From Gemmatimonadota bacterium (GTDB taxonomy: Bacteria > Gemmatimonadota > Gemmatimonadetes > Palauibacterales > Palauibacteraceae): a DNA stretch of 64,000 nt. Below are positions 50,903 through 60,883 of the stretch, in pieces. The stretch lies in the NCBI GenBank assembly GCA_963666735.1, contig OY762926.1, positions 2,752,001-2,816,000 of the forward strand, written 5' to 3'. Position numbers and translations under genes: made by a program. The notes beneath the pieces were generated by a model. That model ran no database searches. It was not told where the DNA came from and was given only the letters and a program-made list of their open reading frames with translations. Position 1 is the first letter of the stretch; every line of letters begins with the position of its first letter.

Positions 50903-51784
50903 ATGCCGTCGTCCTCTCTGTCCGTCATCCTCAGCACCTACAATGCGCCGGACGAACTGGAACGCACGCTCTGGGGCTATTTGGCGCAGACGCGCACGGA
51001 TTTCGAGGTGGTCGTCGCCGATGACGGCTCGGGGCCGGAGACCAGCGACCGGATCGAGCAACTGCGGGCACCGACCGGTCTGGCAATCTCCCACGTCTGG
51101 CAGAAGGATGACGGGTTCAGGAAATGTCGCATCCTGAACCGGGCGATCGTCGAGGCCCGGGGAGAATACCTCATCCTCAGCGACGGCGACTGCATCCCGC
51201 GCGACGATTTCGTGAGTACGCACGCCCGGCTCGCCAGACGGGGGTTCTTCCTTTCGGGCGGGAGAGTTCGCCTCTCCAGCGCGGCTGCGGCGCGCATCGA
51301 GAGGGACGATGTGCTCGACGGATCGCTGTTCGAGGCGTCGTGGCTCCGTGGCCGCGAGGCGCTCTTGCGCGGGCGCGACCGGAGCAAACTGATCCGCTCA
51401 CCGCGGCGCGCCGAGTGGTTCGACCGCTTGACGACGACCCGCGCGACGTGGAACGGACACAACGCGTCGGCCTGGAAGACCGATCTCCTGCGCGTGAACG
51501 GCTTCGATGAGCGCATGACCTACCCCGTCGAAGACCGCGAACTCGGCGAGCGCCTCCGCAACGCCGGGGTTCGTCCCCTCCAGGCTCGGCATCGGGCGGT
51601 CTGCGCTCACGTCGAGCACGACCGTCCGTGGCTCGATACCGAAGCGCAGGCAACGAACGAACGGCTGCGCGCCGAGACCCGGGGCATGCCCCGCCCGCTC
51701 CGGATCCTTCAAGGCCTCGCGCGCGGTCGCGACTGGACCGAGCACGGGATCCGCAAGGGTCCGCGACCCGCGGCTCACAAGTAG
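50903..51784 (+). CDS. Glycosyltransferase family 2
   Basis: SVILSTYN, VADDGS, SDGDC and VNGFDE...EDREL. Confidence 0.9.
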   Translation: MPSSSLSVILSTYNAPDELERTLWGYLAQTRTDFEVVVADDGSGPETSDRIEQLRAPTGLAISHVWQKDDGFRKCRILNRAIVEARGEYLILSDGDCIPRDDFVSTHARLARRGFFLSGGRVRLSSAAAARIERDDVLDGSLFEASWLRGREALLRGRDRSKLIRSPRRAEWFDRLTTTRATWNGHNASAWKTDLLRVNGFDERMTYPVEDRELGERLRNAGVRPLQARHRAVCAHVEHDRPWLDTEAQATNERLRAETRGMPRPLRILQGLARGRDWTEHGIRKGPRPAAHK

Positions 51785-52596
51785 CGGTCGATGCCCCGTT
51801 CAACGCGGACCGCGTCGGATCGAACCCGGCGCTCGAAGCGCTCGCGGCTGGCGGGACCGGGCGGGCGCGACTCGTGCCAGAGGTGGAGGACGGGGACGGC
51901 GTAGCGGCCTTCCTTGCGGCGTACTCCGTTTCGGATAAGGCGAACGACGAGATCGTTGTCCTCGAAGCCCCAGCCCCGGAAGCCCTCGTCGAACCCGTTC
52001 ACCGCCAGGAAGTCCGAGCGCCACAGCGCGAGATTGCACCCCTTGACGCCGCGCCACCGTCGCGGCGATACGCGGCGCAGAGGTCCCAGCGGCAACCGCA
52101 GAAGCGGGGTGAACCGGTCCACGCGCCCCCGGAGCCATTCGCCGAGCCAGCGGGCGGCGCTCCAGCGCCCGATTGCGGGCCCCTGCTCGATCGCGCTCCG
52201 CGAGAGTCCGGGCTCGAGCCTCACCCGGCTGCCGTGGACGAAGTGCCCCGCCTCGGCGAGCCGTGCGTGTCGTCCCACGTAGTCCGGCCGCACGAGACAG
52301 TCGCCGTCTAGGAAGATCAGGTACGGCTGTTCGGTCGCGGCGGCGGCCCGGTTTCGGATCGCGGCCAGCCGATACCCGCGGTCCTCCTGCAGCACGTGCA
52401 GCACGCGCGGGCCGGGGTCTTCGGCCCGGCGCGCAACGAGTGCGCGCGTGTCCGGTCCCGAGCCGTCGTCCGCCACGACGATCTCGAACCGTCGGTACGT
52501 CTGTTCGGCGAGACTCCGCAGGACCGCGTCGAGAGCGTCGGGCCGGTTGTAGGTCGAGACGATGACCGCGATGCCGGGGCCGTCGGGCGCCTTCAC
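51775..52596 (-). CDS. Glycosyltransferase family 2
   Basis: VIVSTYNRP, VADDGS, FLDGDC, GCNL, VNGFDEGF.GWGFED and HLWH. Confidence 0.92.
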   Translation of the reverse strand: MKAPDGPGIAVIVSTYNRPDALDAVLRSLAEQTYRRFEIVVADDGSGPDTRALVARRAEDPGPRVLHVLQEDRGYRLAAIRNRAAAATEQPYLIFLDGDCLVRPDYVGRHARLAEAGHFVHGSRVRLEPGLSRSAIEQGPAIGRWSAARWLGEWLRGRVDRFTPLLRLPLGPLRRVSPRRWRGVKGCNLALWRSDFLAVNGFDEGFRGWGFEDNDLVVRLIRNGVRRKEGRYAVPVLHLWHESRPPGPASRERFERRVRSDAVRVERGIDRYL

Positions 52597-53534
52597 GCGA
52601 GGTAACCCGCGCGCTCCATTACGGGGCCGAAGGCGGCTTCGATCCGGGCCGCGTCCGCCGGATCCATCTCATCCTTCCAACCCTCCGTCTGCCCCCGCCG
52701 AATGAACCGCCCTTCGCCCCGAGCCCGCCCGGCGTAGGCCTCCGCGCCGTGGCGCCCCTCCACCTCGCGCATGGCCTCGAAAGATCCGCGCGCCACTGCC
52801 CGGGACAGCCTCGCGTCGAACCCCGGGGACGTTGCCGCGGGAAGGTTCTCCACGAACTCCGCGACCCGCCGGAGGCCCGCCTCCCGATCGTGCACCAGAT
52901 CCTCGTAGCGCACGACGCACATTCGCTCACCGCGTTCCGCGCGCCGAAGCGCGGCCCCGACCTGCCGGTCCCAGCGCCCCAGGTGCCGGTGCCAGTCGTC
53001 GAACGGGGCGGCGCCCGAGAGGTACCCGTCGACGAACCTCGAGAGCGTCATGTCACGGTCGTCGAACATCGTCGCGAACATGTGCCAGAAGGAGACCAGG
53101 ACCGCCCGCGGGTCGCGCACGAGATAGAGGGTCCCCGGATAGCGGCGCGGATAGCGGGGGTATTCGTTCCGGAACACCCTCGGATCCGGGAGATGGCCGT
53201 ACGCGGCGATGGCATGGTCGTGACCGTGCACGAAGGGGACGAGGTCGCCGACGTTGTACAGGTTCACCTCGTCATCGCGGTCGTCGGACAGAAACACGGC
53301 CAGCATGTAGGCGAGCCACGTGTTCCCCGATTTCGGGTGTCCCAGGAGGAACACATCCGTGGGGCGCAGGGAACGGCGGAATCGAGGCTCCCGCAGCCGG
53401 TTCCGCAGCCCGTCGCGCAGCCGGTAATACCCGATCCGGCGCTTGCCGCGACCGAACCAGCGCTTGAAGGCCGGGACCGGGCGGTGCCGAACCCGGGGCG
53501 GGTCGAGCTTCGGGGGCCGGTTCAGCGGGACCAC
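52593..53534 (-). CDS. PAPS-dependent sulfotransferase
   Basis: DVFL.GHPKSGNTWL (5'-PSB), YLVRDPRAVLVS (3'-PB), RYEDL and FIRRG..EGWK. Confidence 0.9.
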   Translation of the reverse strand: MVPLNRPPKLDPPRVRHRPVPAFKRWFGRGKRRIGYYRLRDGLRNRLREPRFRRSLRPTDVFLLGHPKSGNTWLAYMLAVFLSDDRDDEVNLYNVGDLVPFVHGHDHAIAAYGHLPDPRVFRNEYPRYPRRYPGTLYLVRDPRAVLVSFWHMFATMFDDRDMTLSRFVDGYLSGAAPFDDWHRHLGRWDRQVGAALRRAERGERMCVVRYEDLVHDREAGLRRVAEFVENLPAATSPGFDARLSRAVARGSFEAMREVEGRHGAEAYAGRARGEGRFIRRGQTEGWKDEMDPADAARIEAAFGPVMERAGYLA

Positions 53535-55177
53535 GGAACCTGCCGTCCGATGAGTTCCGAGACTTCGCCGGCGTCGAACGCGTACGCCCGTTCGAGGTGG
53601 TCGCGTACCCAGTCCGGCATGGGGACCGGAACCGAAGCGTTCACCGGCTGCTCCAGCGACTCCGCGTCCGCCACGACGAGCTTCGCCTCGAGGAATTCAA
53701 GGAGATCGCGTATCAAGGCCCCGGGCTCTTCGCGAACCTCGTCCAGGAAGCCGAAGAAGAAGTGGTCGCGCGGGAAGTGCTCGAGCCAGGCGCGCAGGCA
53801 GGTCGCGTAGTCGCTGCGCCGGCGGACCGGGTCGCTGTCGAGGAACGAGACGAGTTCGTCGCGGCCCACGGACTCCAGGGGCTTGCCGCGCCACCGCGGA
53901 AAGCCGTTTCGCGCCTGCGACCAGGCGCGCTCGACCGGGTCACGCATCATGAAGATCAATCTGACGTCGGGCATCCACTCGGCGACGCGCCGGATCACCT
54001 CCGGTTCGAGCACCGCATACGCGGGCGTGATCTCGCCCCGGATCCCGCCGCCGCCCCGCGCCCGGACGAAGCGCGCGAGATACCTGAGCTGATTCGCTCG
54101 ATCCCGCGCGGAGCCGCTCGTGCCTGGCGCACCGAGTTTCCGGTCGAAGAAGTGGATTTCCTTGCGGCCCATCCGGATCTGCGGGTGCGCCGCGAGGTGC
54201 GCCGCCACCCAACTCGTGCCCGCGCGCGTGGCGCCAATCCCCAGAAACCGAGGCATCCAGCGCGACACCGCACGTTTGCGCGCCGGGGGCCCGCTCGGTC
54301 TCTCCCCGCCCGACTCGCTCGGCCCGGTCGCATCGATCTGGTCGTCGAGGAAGGTCGCAGGCAGGCTGTGAACCGCGCCGTCCGCCGGACCCTCGCGCAG
54401 CCGCTCAAACGAGGCCCATTCCCGCCGCTTGCGGGGCGACGGAAACTCCGTCGTCGACCAGTGATCGAACTCCCCCTCGTCCAGAAACTTTAGTTCGTAG
54501 AAGCAAACGGGCGCGAAGTGGTGCGTGCGCAGGCAGCGGGGACGGATCAACTGCTCCCAGTGTTGGCGCTTGTGGAATCTGGCGGGATAACCGCAGGGGG
54601 CGATCCGCACCTCCCGGTTCACCTCCCCGCGCGGGGCCAGGAAAGACCCGCCAGCCGTCCGATACACCGTCTGCCCGGCGAGGGACCCGGCGGCGGGCCA
54701 TCCGCGCCCGAGTTGGGCGAGGAGGCCGGCGAAAGCGCCCCGCTGCCTACGGGCGAGCACCATGTCCGCGTCCCACTTGCAGGCGTACCTCCGGGTGCAG
54801 CGCGACAGCGCCCAGTTCGTGAAATAGACGAGGGAATGCAGCGAGTCGGCGGAGGTCTTGTCGTGTTCGGGCCCGAACCGTCCCAGGGCGAAGGGATAGG
54901 AGTGAAGACGGATCTTCGCCCCCCCGGCGGCGGACGCCTGCACGCTCCGCACGATCTCGGCCGTGTCGTCGCGGCTGCCGTTGTCGATCACATGGATCTC
55001 ATCGAACACCGGGAGGATCGAGCGCAGGCAGTATTCGAGTTTCGATTCTTCGTTCTTCGCCCGCACGAAGGCGCTTGTCCCCGGCGCATGATTCCTCCGC
55101 GGGAGGGAGAACGCGTACTCCTCGTTCCCTTCCCGGTTTCGGAACTCCATTCGGCTGGGGCGCGGCAACAGTGGCAT
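53522..55177 (-). CDS. Glycosyltransferase family 2 - sulfotransferase fusion
   Basis: N-half: AFVRAKNEE, IDNGSRD, KWDAD. C-half: FLGIGATRAGTSW, KEIHFF, GEITPAY, MRDPVERAWS. Start 55177 or 55150. Confidence 0.85.
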   Translation of the reverse strand: MPLLPRPSRMEFRNREGNEEYAFSLPRRNHAPGTSAFVRAKNEESKLEYCLRSILPVFDEIHVIDNGSRDDTAEIVRSVQASAAGGAKIRLHSYPFALGRFGPEHDKTSADSLHSLVYFTNWALSRCTRRYACKWDADMVLARRQRGAFAGLLAQLGRGWPAAGSLAGQTVYRTAGGSFLAPRGEVNREVRIAPCGYPARFHKRQHWEQLIRPRCLRTHHFAPVCFYELKFLDEGEFDHWSTTEFPSPRKRREWASFERLREGPADGAVHSLPATFLDDQIDATGPSESGGERPSGPPARKRAVSRWMPRFLGIGATRAGTSWVAAHLAAHPQIRMGRKEIHFFDRKLGAPGTSGSARDRANQLRYLARFVRARGGGGIRGEITPAYAVLEPEVIRRVAEWMPDVRLIFMMRDPVERAWSQARNGFPRWRGKPLESVGRDELVSFLDSDPVRRRSDYATCLRAWLEHFPRDHFFFGFLDEVREEPGALIRDLLEFLEAKLVVADAESLEQPVNASVPVPMPDWVRDHLERAYAFDAGEVSELIGRQVPWSR

Positions 55178-55319
55178 GAACCAGGGCTTGGATGAGGGTG
55201 ACGGGCCAGGACGGGTCTCAGCGAGCGTTGCTGGGACACAACATTATCATGCAGGATCACTCGGGGACTCTGAAACCGGACAGCCGCGGAGATACAGCGG
55301 AGATACAGGAGAAGAACGG

Positions 55320-56255
55320 ATGAACATACACGGGCCTCGAAGGCTTGGTCCCACGGCCGCCGGCTTGGCGGCCGCGATCCTCGTGGGAGTGCTCGCGACG
55401 GTGATCCCGCCGAGCGCCAGCGCCCAGGCGAATCCGGACATCCTTGTGAGCGGCGATTGGCTCGTCGAGCATCGGGACGACCCCGGCGTCGTCGTCCTGC
55501 ATATGGAGATGGCGCGAATGGGTGGTGTCGATGAGTACGTCCAGGGCGCGCATGCCCTCGAGTACCACGACATCGCCGTGGACACCGAGGATCTCATCAC
55601 CGAACTCGCGCCCGTCGAGGATCTCGTCGAGGTCTTCCGCGCGGCGGGCGTCTCCAACGAGAGCCATGTCGTCGTCGTGGGTGACCCCGGCCTCCACGCG
55701 GCCCGCGTCTTCATGACGCTGGATTACCTGGGCCACGGCGACCGCACCTCCGTGCTCGACGGCGGGATGGCGGCGTGGAAGGCGGCCGGGGGAGCCGTTG
55801 CCGCCGAGCCGGCCGTGCCCACCCGCGGCGATTTCGAGGCGGACGTCCGGGAAGACATGCTCGTCACCGCGGAATGGATCCACGAGCGTCTCGACGACCC
55901 CGGCACGACCCTCATCGACGCGCGGCCCGAGAACGAGTACACGGGGGAGCGGCCGGGCCGGGACTTCCTGCGGGGCGGCCATATCCCCGGCGCCTACAAT
56001 CTCTACTGGCAGGACCTTACGGGTGAGGATGTTCCCAGGCTGATCGACCTCGACGAAGTGAAGGCGCGTTTCGACGAAGCCGGGGCGTCCACGGACGGCG
56101 TCGTCGTCAGCTACTGCCTTATCGGCATGCGCGCGAGCTACACCTACATGATTTCCAGATATCTCGGGTACGAGACGAAGTTCTACGACGCGTCGTGGAA
56201 CGACTGGGGCCGGCGGGAGGATCTCCCGCTCGTCACCGGCCATGCCCGCAGATAG
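55320..56255 (+). CDS. Exported tandem-domain rhodanese/sulfurtransferase
   Basis: Signal peptide, VLDGG..AW, IDARP..EY.G, GGHIPGA, active-site YCLIGMRA and YDASWNDW. Confidence 0.9.
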   Translation: MNIHGPRRLGPTAAGLAAAILVGVLATVIPPSASAQANPDILVSGDWLVEHRDDPGVVVLHMEMARMGGVDEYVQGAHALEYHDIAVDTEDLITELAPVEDLVEVFRAAGVSNESHVVVVGDPGLHAARVFMTLDYLGHGDRTSVLDGGMAAWKAAGGAVAAEPAVPTRGDFEADVREDMLVTAEWIHERLDDPGTTLIDARPENEYTGERPGRDFLRGGHIPGAYNLYWQDLTGEDVPRLIDLDEVKARFDEAGASTDGVVVSYCLIGMRASYTYMISRYLGYETKFYDASWNDWGRREDLPLVTGHARR

Positions 56256-56316
56256 CTTGCGGGCTTCAGGTCCGCTGTCGGATCGAAGGCGCAGCAAGCT
56301 TGCAGGAGGTTGAAAA

Positions 56317-57858
56317 ATGAAAACCATCTCCGGAGTAGTCGCCGGGCTCGTCATCTCCGCTGGTGCCGTGCTCCTCCTCCTCGGCACGAACCGCGGCGAA
56401 GCGGCCGCGACGGAGGCCGCCCCGCCCGCCGCCTCCGGGGCTTCTTCGTCGGCTCCCGTGTCGCTTGTCTCGCCCGCCCCGCACTCGATCGAAGCGGGTC
56501 CCGAGTCGCCGGTCGAGCTCGTGCTCACGCAGCCGCTCGATCCCGGCGGGTTCGACCCGTCCGCGCTGTCCGTGTTCGGTCGCTGGAGCGGCGTGATGAG
56601 CGGCTCCGTGCAGCTCTCGGACGATGGCCGGCGCATCCGCTTCGAGCCCGGCGAATCCTTCCATGCCGGCGAATCGGTCACGGCTTCGTTGCGCGCCGGG
56701 GAGAAGCTGGCGGTCGGCGGGGCCATGGAAACGGGGTTCGCGTGGAACTTCTGGATCCGGCCTCGGGCCGGTTCGCTCGACATGGTCGACCGCGGCGCGC
56801 GGACCGTCCTCGACGACGGCGAGAAGCACGTGCAGCCGTACGGGGCCTACGCCGGCGACTTCAACGGCGATGGGTACCCGGACATCGCGATCCCCAACGA
56901 GGTGTCCGCGGACGTCCGCGTGATGTTCAACGACGGCAAGGGCGACTACAGCGAGTTCCGCGTCCTCGACATCCCGGGCGGGAGCTGGCCGAGCCCGAAC
57001 GAGGGAGCGGACTTCAACGGCGACGGCCTCACCGACTTCGTCGTCGGCAACGCCGGCAACGATCTCGTGTCGGTGTTCTTGGCCGACGGCGAGGGCTGGT
57101 TCGAACTGGGAAGCAACATTCAATCGGGCCGGAACGTGCGCGGCGTGTGCATCGGCGACTTCGACCAGGACGGCTGGCCGGACGTGGCGGCGGTGAACAT
57201 GTCCGTCGGTCCCGAGGAATCGCGCGGCAACGTGGCCATGCTGCTCAACAACGCGGACGGGACTGGCAGCCTGCGGCGCGCCTCCGAGATCGCTTCGCCG
57301 GGCCAGGGCGAGAAGACGTGCGCGACGGCCGACGTGAACAACGACGGCCTGCCCGACCTGCTTGTCGGAGCCTACTTTACCGACGAAGTGCTCACTTACC
57401 TGGGCGACGGGCGCGGCAACCTCGAACTGGGCGCGCGCGTGCGCGCCGGCGGCAAGCCGTGGATGATCGTGTCGGGCGACATGAACGGCGACGGCAAGGT
57501 CGACGTGATGTCCGCGAACCGCGAGGGGAACAACGTGGCGGTGCTCATCGGCGACGGCTCGGGCGGCTTCGCCGATGCTGTCGAGTACGAGACCGGCGAC
57601 GCCCCGCTGGCGGTCGACGTGGGCGACATCGATGGCGACGGGGATCTCGATGTCGTCACCAGCGACTTCGAGGGCAACAGCTTCACCGTGCACGAGAACG
57701 CCGGCGACGGAACGCTCGCGAACCCCCGGACGTATCCCGCGAGCACGAACGGCTCGTGCGTCGTCATCCACGACCGGGACCTGGACGGGGATCTCGATCT
57801 CACCGGCGTGGATGAGACGGACGACAAGATCTTCATCCTGGAGAACCCCGGCCGGTGA
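56317..57858 (+). CDS. Ig-like domain plus FG-GAP repeat protein
   Basis: GGAGG RBS, N-terminal anchor, Big_5-like segment (F.PGES.H.GESVT) and about 7 DxNGDGxxD repeats. Confidence 0.85.
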   Translation: MKTISGVVAGLVISAGAVLLLLGTNRGEAAATEAAPPAASGASSSAPVSLVSPAPHSIEAGPESPVELVLTQPLDPGGFDPSALSVFGRWSGVMSGSVQLSDDGRRIRFEPGESFHAGESVTASLRAGEKLAVGGAMETGFAWNFWIRPRAGSLDMVDRGARTVLDDGEKHVQPYGAYAGDFNGDGYPDIAIPNEVSADVRVMFNDGKGDYSEFRVLDIPGGSWPSPNEGADFNGDGLTDFVVGNAGNDLVSVFLADGEGWFELGSNIQSGRNVRGVCIGDFDQDGWPDVAAVNMSVGPEESRGNVAMLLNNADGTGSLRRASEIASPGQGEKTCATADVNNDGLPDLLVGAYFTDEVLTYLGDGRGNLELGARVRAGGKPWMIVSGDMNGDGKVDVMSANREGNNVAVLIGDGSGGFADAVEYETGDAPLAVDVGDIDGDGDLDVVTSDFEGNSFTVHENAGDGTLANPRTYPASTNGSCVVIHDRDLDGDLDLTGVDETDDKIFILENPGR

Positions 57859-57860
57859 TC

Positions 57861-58271
57861 ATGAAGTCGAAATCCACGAAATCGAAGCAAGAGTGGCGGG
57901 AGGCGCTTCCCGAGCAGGCCTACAAGGTGCTGTTCGAGGAAGCGACGGAACGGGCGGGCACGAGCCCCCTGAACGACGAGAAGCGTCCCGGCACGTTCGC
58001 CTGCGCGGCCTGCGGGCGGGCGCTGTTCACGACCGAGATGAAATACGACAGCGGCACGGGGTGGCCGAGCTTCTTCGAGACGCTGCCCGAGGCCTTCGAG
58101 ACGAAACGCGACTTCAAGCTCATCCTCCCGCGTACCGAGTACCACTGCTCCGGCTGCGGGGGGCACCACGGCCACGTCTTCAACGACGGCCCCGAGCCCA
58201 CGGGCAAGCGCTTCTGCAACAACGGCGTCGCGCTCCGGTTCATCCCGGACGACGATCCGCAGGACGACTGA
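57861..58271 (+). CDS. msrB: Peptide-methionine (R)-S-oxide reductase
   Basis: TERAG, CAAC, KYDSGTGWPSF, RTE..CSGCGGH.GHVF.DGP.PTG.RFCNNG. Confidence 0.95.
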   Translation: MKSKSTKSKQEWREALPEQAYKVLFEEATERAGTSPLNDEKRPGTFACAACGRALFTTEMKYDSGTGWPSFFETLPEAFETKRDFKLILPRTEYHCSGCGGHHGHVFNDGPEPTGKRFCNNGVALRFIPDDDPQDD

Positions 58272-58299
58272 GCCGGTCGCCCGGGAGGGGCGCGGCGGC

Positions 58300-60612
58300 G
58301 TGCTCGGGGCTCTGCTCGGCGGCGTGCGCGTCCTGATCCGGCGCCCGGCGCCGGCGCTGACGGCCGGCGTGTTCGGCCTGCTCGCGGCGGCGTCCGGCGT
58401 GCAGGGCCAGCTTCCGGGCTCCAGCGGAGCCTGCGAAGCCCGTGGCGCAGAAACTCGCGCCGCCGGAGCCGCCGGGGCGCTCACGGACACGTCGACGGGG
58501 CGGGTCGCGGCCGACCTTCACTGCATCAGCCTCTACTCCACGGCGCGCGGCGGCGACGCGCAGGGGTTCGTCGAACTGGGGCGGGTGCCGTCGCCGTTCG
58601 GCGTCACGGTGACGCCGTCCGGGCACCATGTCCGCGCGCTGACCGCGCACATCGAGGGCCTCCCGCCGCCCGGAAGCCTGGGGCCGTACACGGTCTACAT
58701 GGCGTGGGCGACGCCGCTCGAGCTGGCTCCCGTGGTGCCGCTGGGCCCGGTCGGGAACGGCGAGCACGCGCTGGGGCGCGTCGCGTTCAACAAGTTCCTC
58801 GTGATGGTCAGCGCGGAGGCGTCGGCCGATGTGGAGGAGCGCGAGGGGCCGCTCGTGCTGCGGGGGCGCTCGCCGTCCGCGCTCATGGAGGCGCACGACC
58901 TCCTGGCCCTCGCGCCCTCGGCGACGCGGCGGGCGGCCGACCGGGCCCCGACGCGCTGGGACGCGCCACCGGCGTACCCCGGCATCGCCATGTTGCCCGG
59001 CGTGATGGACCTCGAGCCGCGCGCCCGCCCCGCGAGCCTCGGTAGCGCGGCCGACCTGCCCCCGTGGGAGTCGCTCCCCGAGGCCGCCCCGCGCCAACTC
59101 GTCGATCTCCCCGACGGCGGCACGCTCGACCTCGAGGCGACGATCATCCGGCGCGAAATCGAAGGCCGCCGACTCGCCATGCTCGCCTTCAACGGCCAGC
59201 ACCCGGGACCCCTCATCCGGGTCCCGGAGAAGTCCACCATCTTCGTGAACTTCACGAACCGCACCCCGTACCCCACCGCGGTGCACTGGCACGGCATCCG
59301 GCTCGACAACGAGTTCGATGGCGTCCCCGGCCTCACCCAGGACCCGGTCGAACCCGGCGGCTCGTTCCAGTACCGGATCTTCTTCCGCGACGCGGGCATC
59401 TACTGGTACCACCCGCACCACCGCGAGGACATCCAGCAGGAACTCGGCCTGTACGGGAACCTCCTCGTCGACCCCGCGGCCGCGGACTATTACGGTCCCG
59501 CGAACCGGGAGGAAGTCCTCATGCTCGACGACATCCTCCTGGACGAGGAAGGGCTCGTGGACTTCGGGGAGGAGTCGGCGAACTACATGCTCATGGGCCG
59601 GTTCGGAAACCAGACTCTGGTGAACGGCGAGCCCGGCTACGAGCTCGACGTCGACCGGGGGGAGGTCGTCCGCTTCCACCTCACGAACGCCTCCAACACG
59701 CGCACCTTCAACCTCTCCTTCGTCGACATCGAAGGCGGCGGGGTCCCCGATCCCGACCAGCGCGTCGCGGACCCCGACATCGAGGATCCCCATCGTCTTC
59801 CGGTGAAGGTCGTGGCTTCCGACGTGGGCCGCTTCGAGCGGGAGGAATGGGCCCGGAGCGTCGTCCTCGCGCCGGCGGAGCGCTACGTGATCGACGTCCG
59901 CTTCGACCGACCCGGTACGCACGCGCTCGTCAACCACGTGCAGGGGATCAACCACCGCCAAGGCGTGTTCCGCGCCGAATTCCGGACGCTCGGCACCGTG
60001 AGCGTCGCGTCACAGGCCGCAGCCCACGACCACGGGGCCGCGTTCGCGACCCTGCGCGAGCACGCGGACGTGATCGCGGATATCGACCGCTACCGGCCCC
60101 GCTTCGACGACGAGCCCGACCGCGAACTCGCGATGACGCTGGAGACCGAGGATCTCCCGCTCTCCATCGAACGATCGATGGCCTACGACTGGGTCTACTT
60201 CAATCCGGTCGAGTGGACCGGGACGATGCCGCGCATGAACTGGGCCACGACCGGAAGCGAGGTTCGCTGGGTGCTGCGCGAGACCGCAACCGGGCGCGAG
60301 AACGACGAGATCGATTGGAACTTCGCGGTCGGGGACGTGGTGAAGATCCGCGTCGTCAACGACCGCGGCGCCTTCCACGCGATGCAGCACCCGTTGCACA
60401 TCCACGGCCAGCGCTTCCTCGTCCTGTCGCAGAACGGGGTGCCGAACGACAACCTGGTATGGAAGGACACGGTCCTGCTGCCCGCCGCATCGACGACGGA
60501 CATCCTGCTGGAACTGTCGAACCCCGGCCGCTGGATGATCCACTGCCACATCGCGGAACACCTCGAGTCCGGGATGAAGATGGTGATGAACGTCGCGGAA
60601 GCGCCCCCGTGA
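58300..60612 (+). CDS. Multicopper oxidase with long N-terminal extension
   Basis: All four Cu motifs: VHWHG, WYHPH, HPLHIHG and HCHIAEHLESGM. Start uncertain. Confidence 0.9.
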   Translation: MLGALLGGVRVLIRRPAPALTAGVFGLLAAASGVQGQLPGSSGACEARGAETRAAGAAGALTDTSTGRVAADLHCISLYSTARGGDAQGFVELGRVPSPFGVTVTPSGHHVRALTAHIEGLPPPGSLGPYTVYMAWATPLELAPVVPLGPVGNGEHALGRVAFNKFLVMVSAEASADVEEREGPLVLRGRSPSALMEAHDLLALAPSATRRAADRAPTRWDAPPAYPGIAMLPGVMDLEPRARPASLGSAADLPPWESLPEAAPRQLVDLPDGGTLDLEATIIRREIEGRRLAMLAFNGQHPGPLIRVPEKSTIFVNFTNRTPYPTAVHWHGIRLDNEFDGVPGLTQDPVEPGGSFQYRIFFRDAGIYWYHPHHREDIQQELGLYGNLLVDPAAADYYGPANREEVLMLDDILLDEEGLVDFGEESANYMLMGRFGNQTLVNGEPGYELDVDRGEVVRFHLTNASNTRTFNLSFVDIEGGGVPDPDQRVADPDIEDPHRLPVKVVASDVGRFEREEWARSVVLAPAERYVIDVRFDRPGTHALVNHVQGINHRQGVFRAEFRTLGTVSVASQAAAHDHGAAFATLREHADVIADIDRYRPRFDDEPDRELAMTLETEDLPLSIERSMAYDWVYFNPVEWTGTMPRMNWATTGSEVRWVLRETATGRENDEIDWNFAVGDVVKIRVVNDRGAFHAMQHPLHIHGQRFLVLSQNGVPNDNLVWKDTVLLPAASTTDILLELSNPGRWMIHCHIAEHLESGMKMVMNVAEAPP

Positions 60613-60624
60613 GCTTGATCCATT

Positions 60625-60644
60625 GGTTATACTGCGGTATTACC
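60625..60644. promoter_or_regulatory. Putative TA operator palindrome
   Basis: GGTTATAC-TGCG-GTATTACC (1 mismatch) immediately upstream of the antitoxin ATG. Confidence 0.6.
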
Positions 60645-60649
60645 ATGGT

Positions 60650-60883
60650 ATGAAAACAGCGATTTCTCTTCCGGACGAGCTGTTCGCCTCGGCAGATTCG
60701 CTCGCAAAGCGGATGAGCGTCTCGCGAAGCGAGCTCTACGCAACCGCGGTGGCCGAATTCGTGGCGAAACATCGCAGCGAGGACGTTACTGCGAAGCTGA
60801 ATGCCGTGTACGCCGACTTGTCTGGCGACGTCGACCCTGCGCTCCGTCGGGCGCAGGCCCGATCGGTCGCCGAAGAATGGTAG
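60650..60883 (+). CDS. RHH antitoxin (MazE/ChpI-like)
   Basis: MKTAISLPDELF...SRSELYA.AV; overlaps the toxin start. Confidence 0.88.
   Translation: MKTAISLPDELFASADSLAKRMSVSRSELYATAVAEFVAKHRSEDVTAKLNAVYADLSGDVDPALRRAQARSVAEEW

Noticed and set aside
57861..58271. MsrB as a selenoprotein
   Set aside because: The catalytic codon is TGC (RFCNN) and there is no in-frame UGA.
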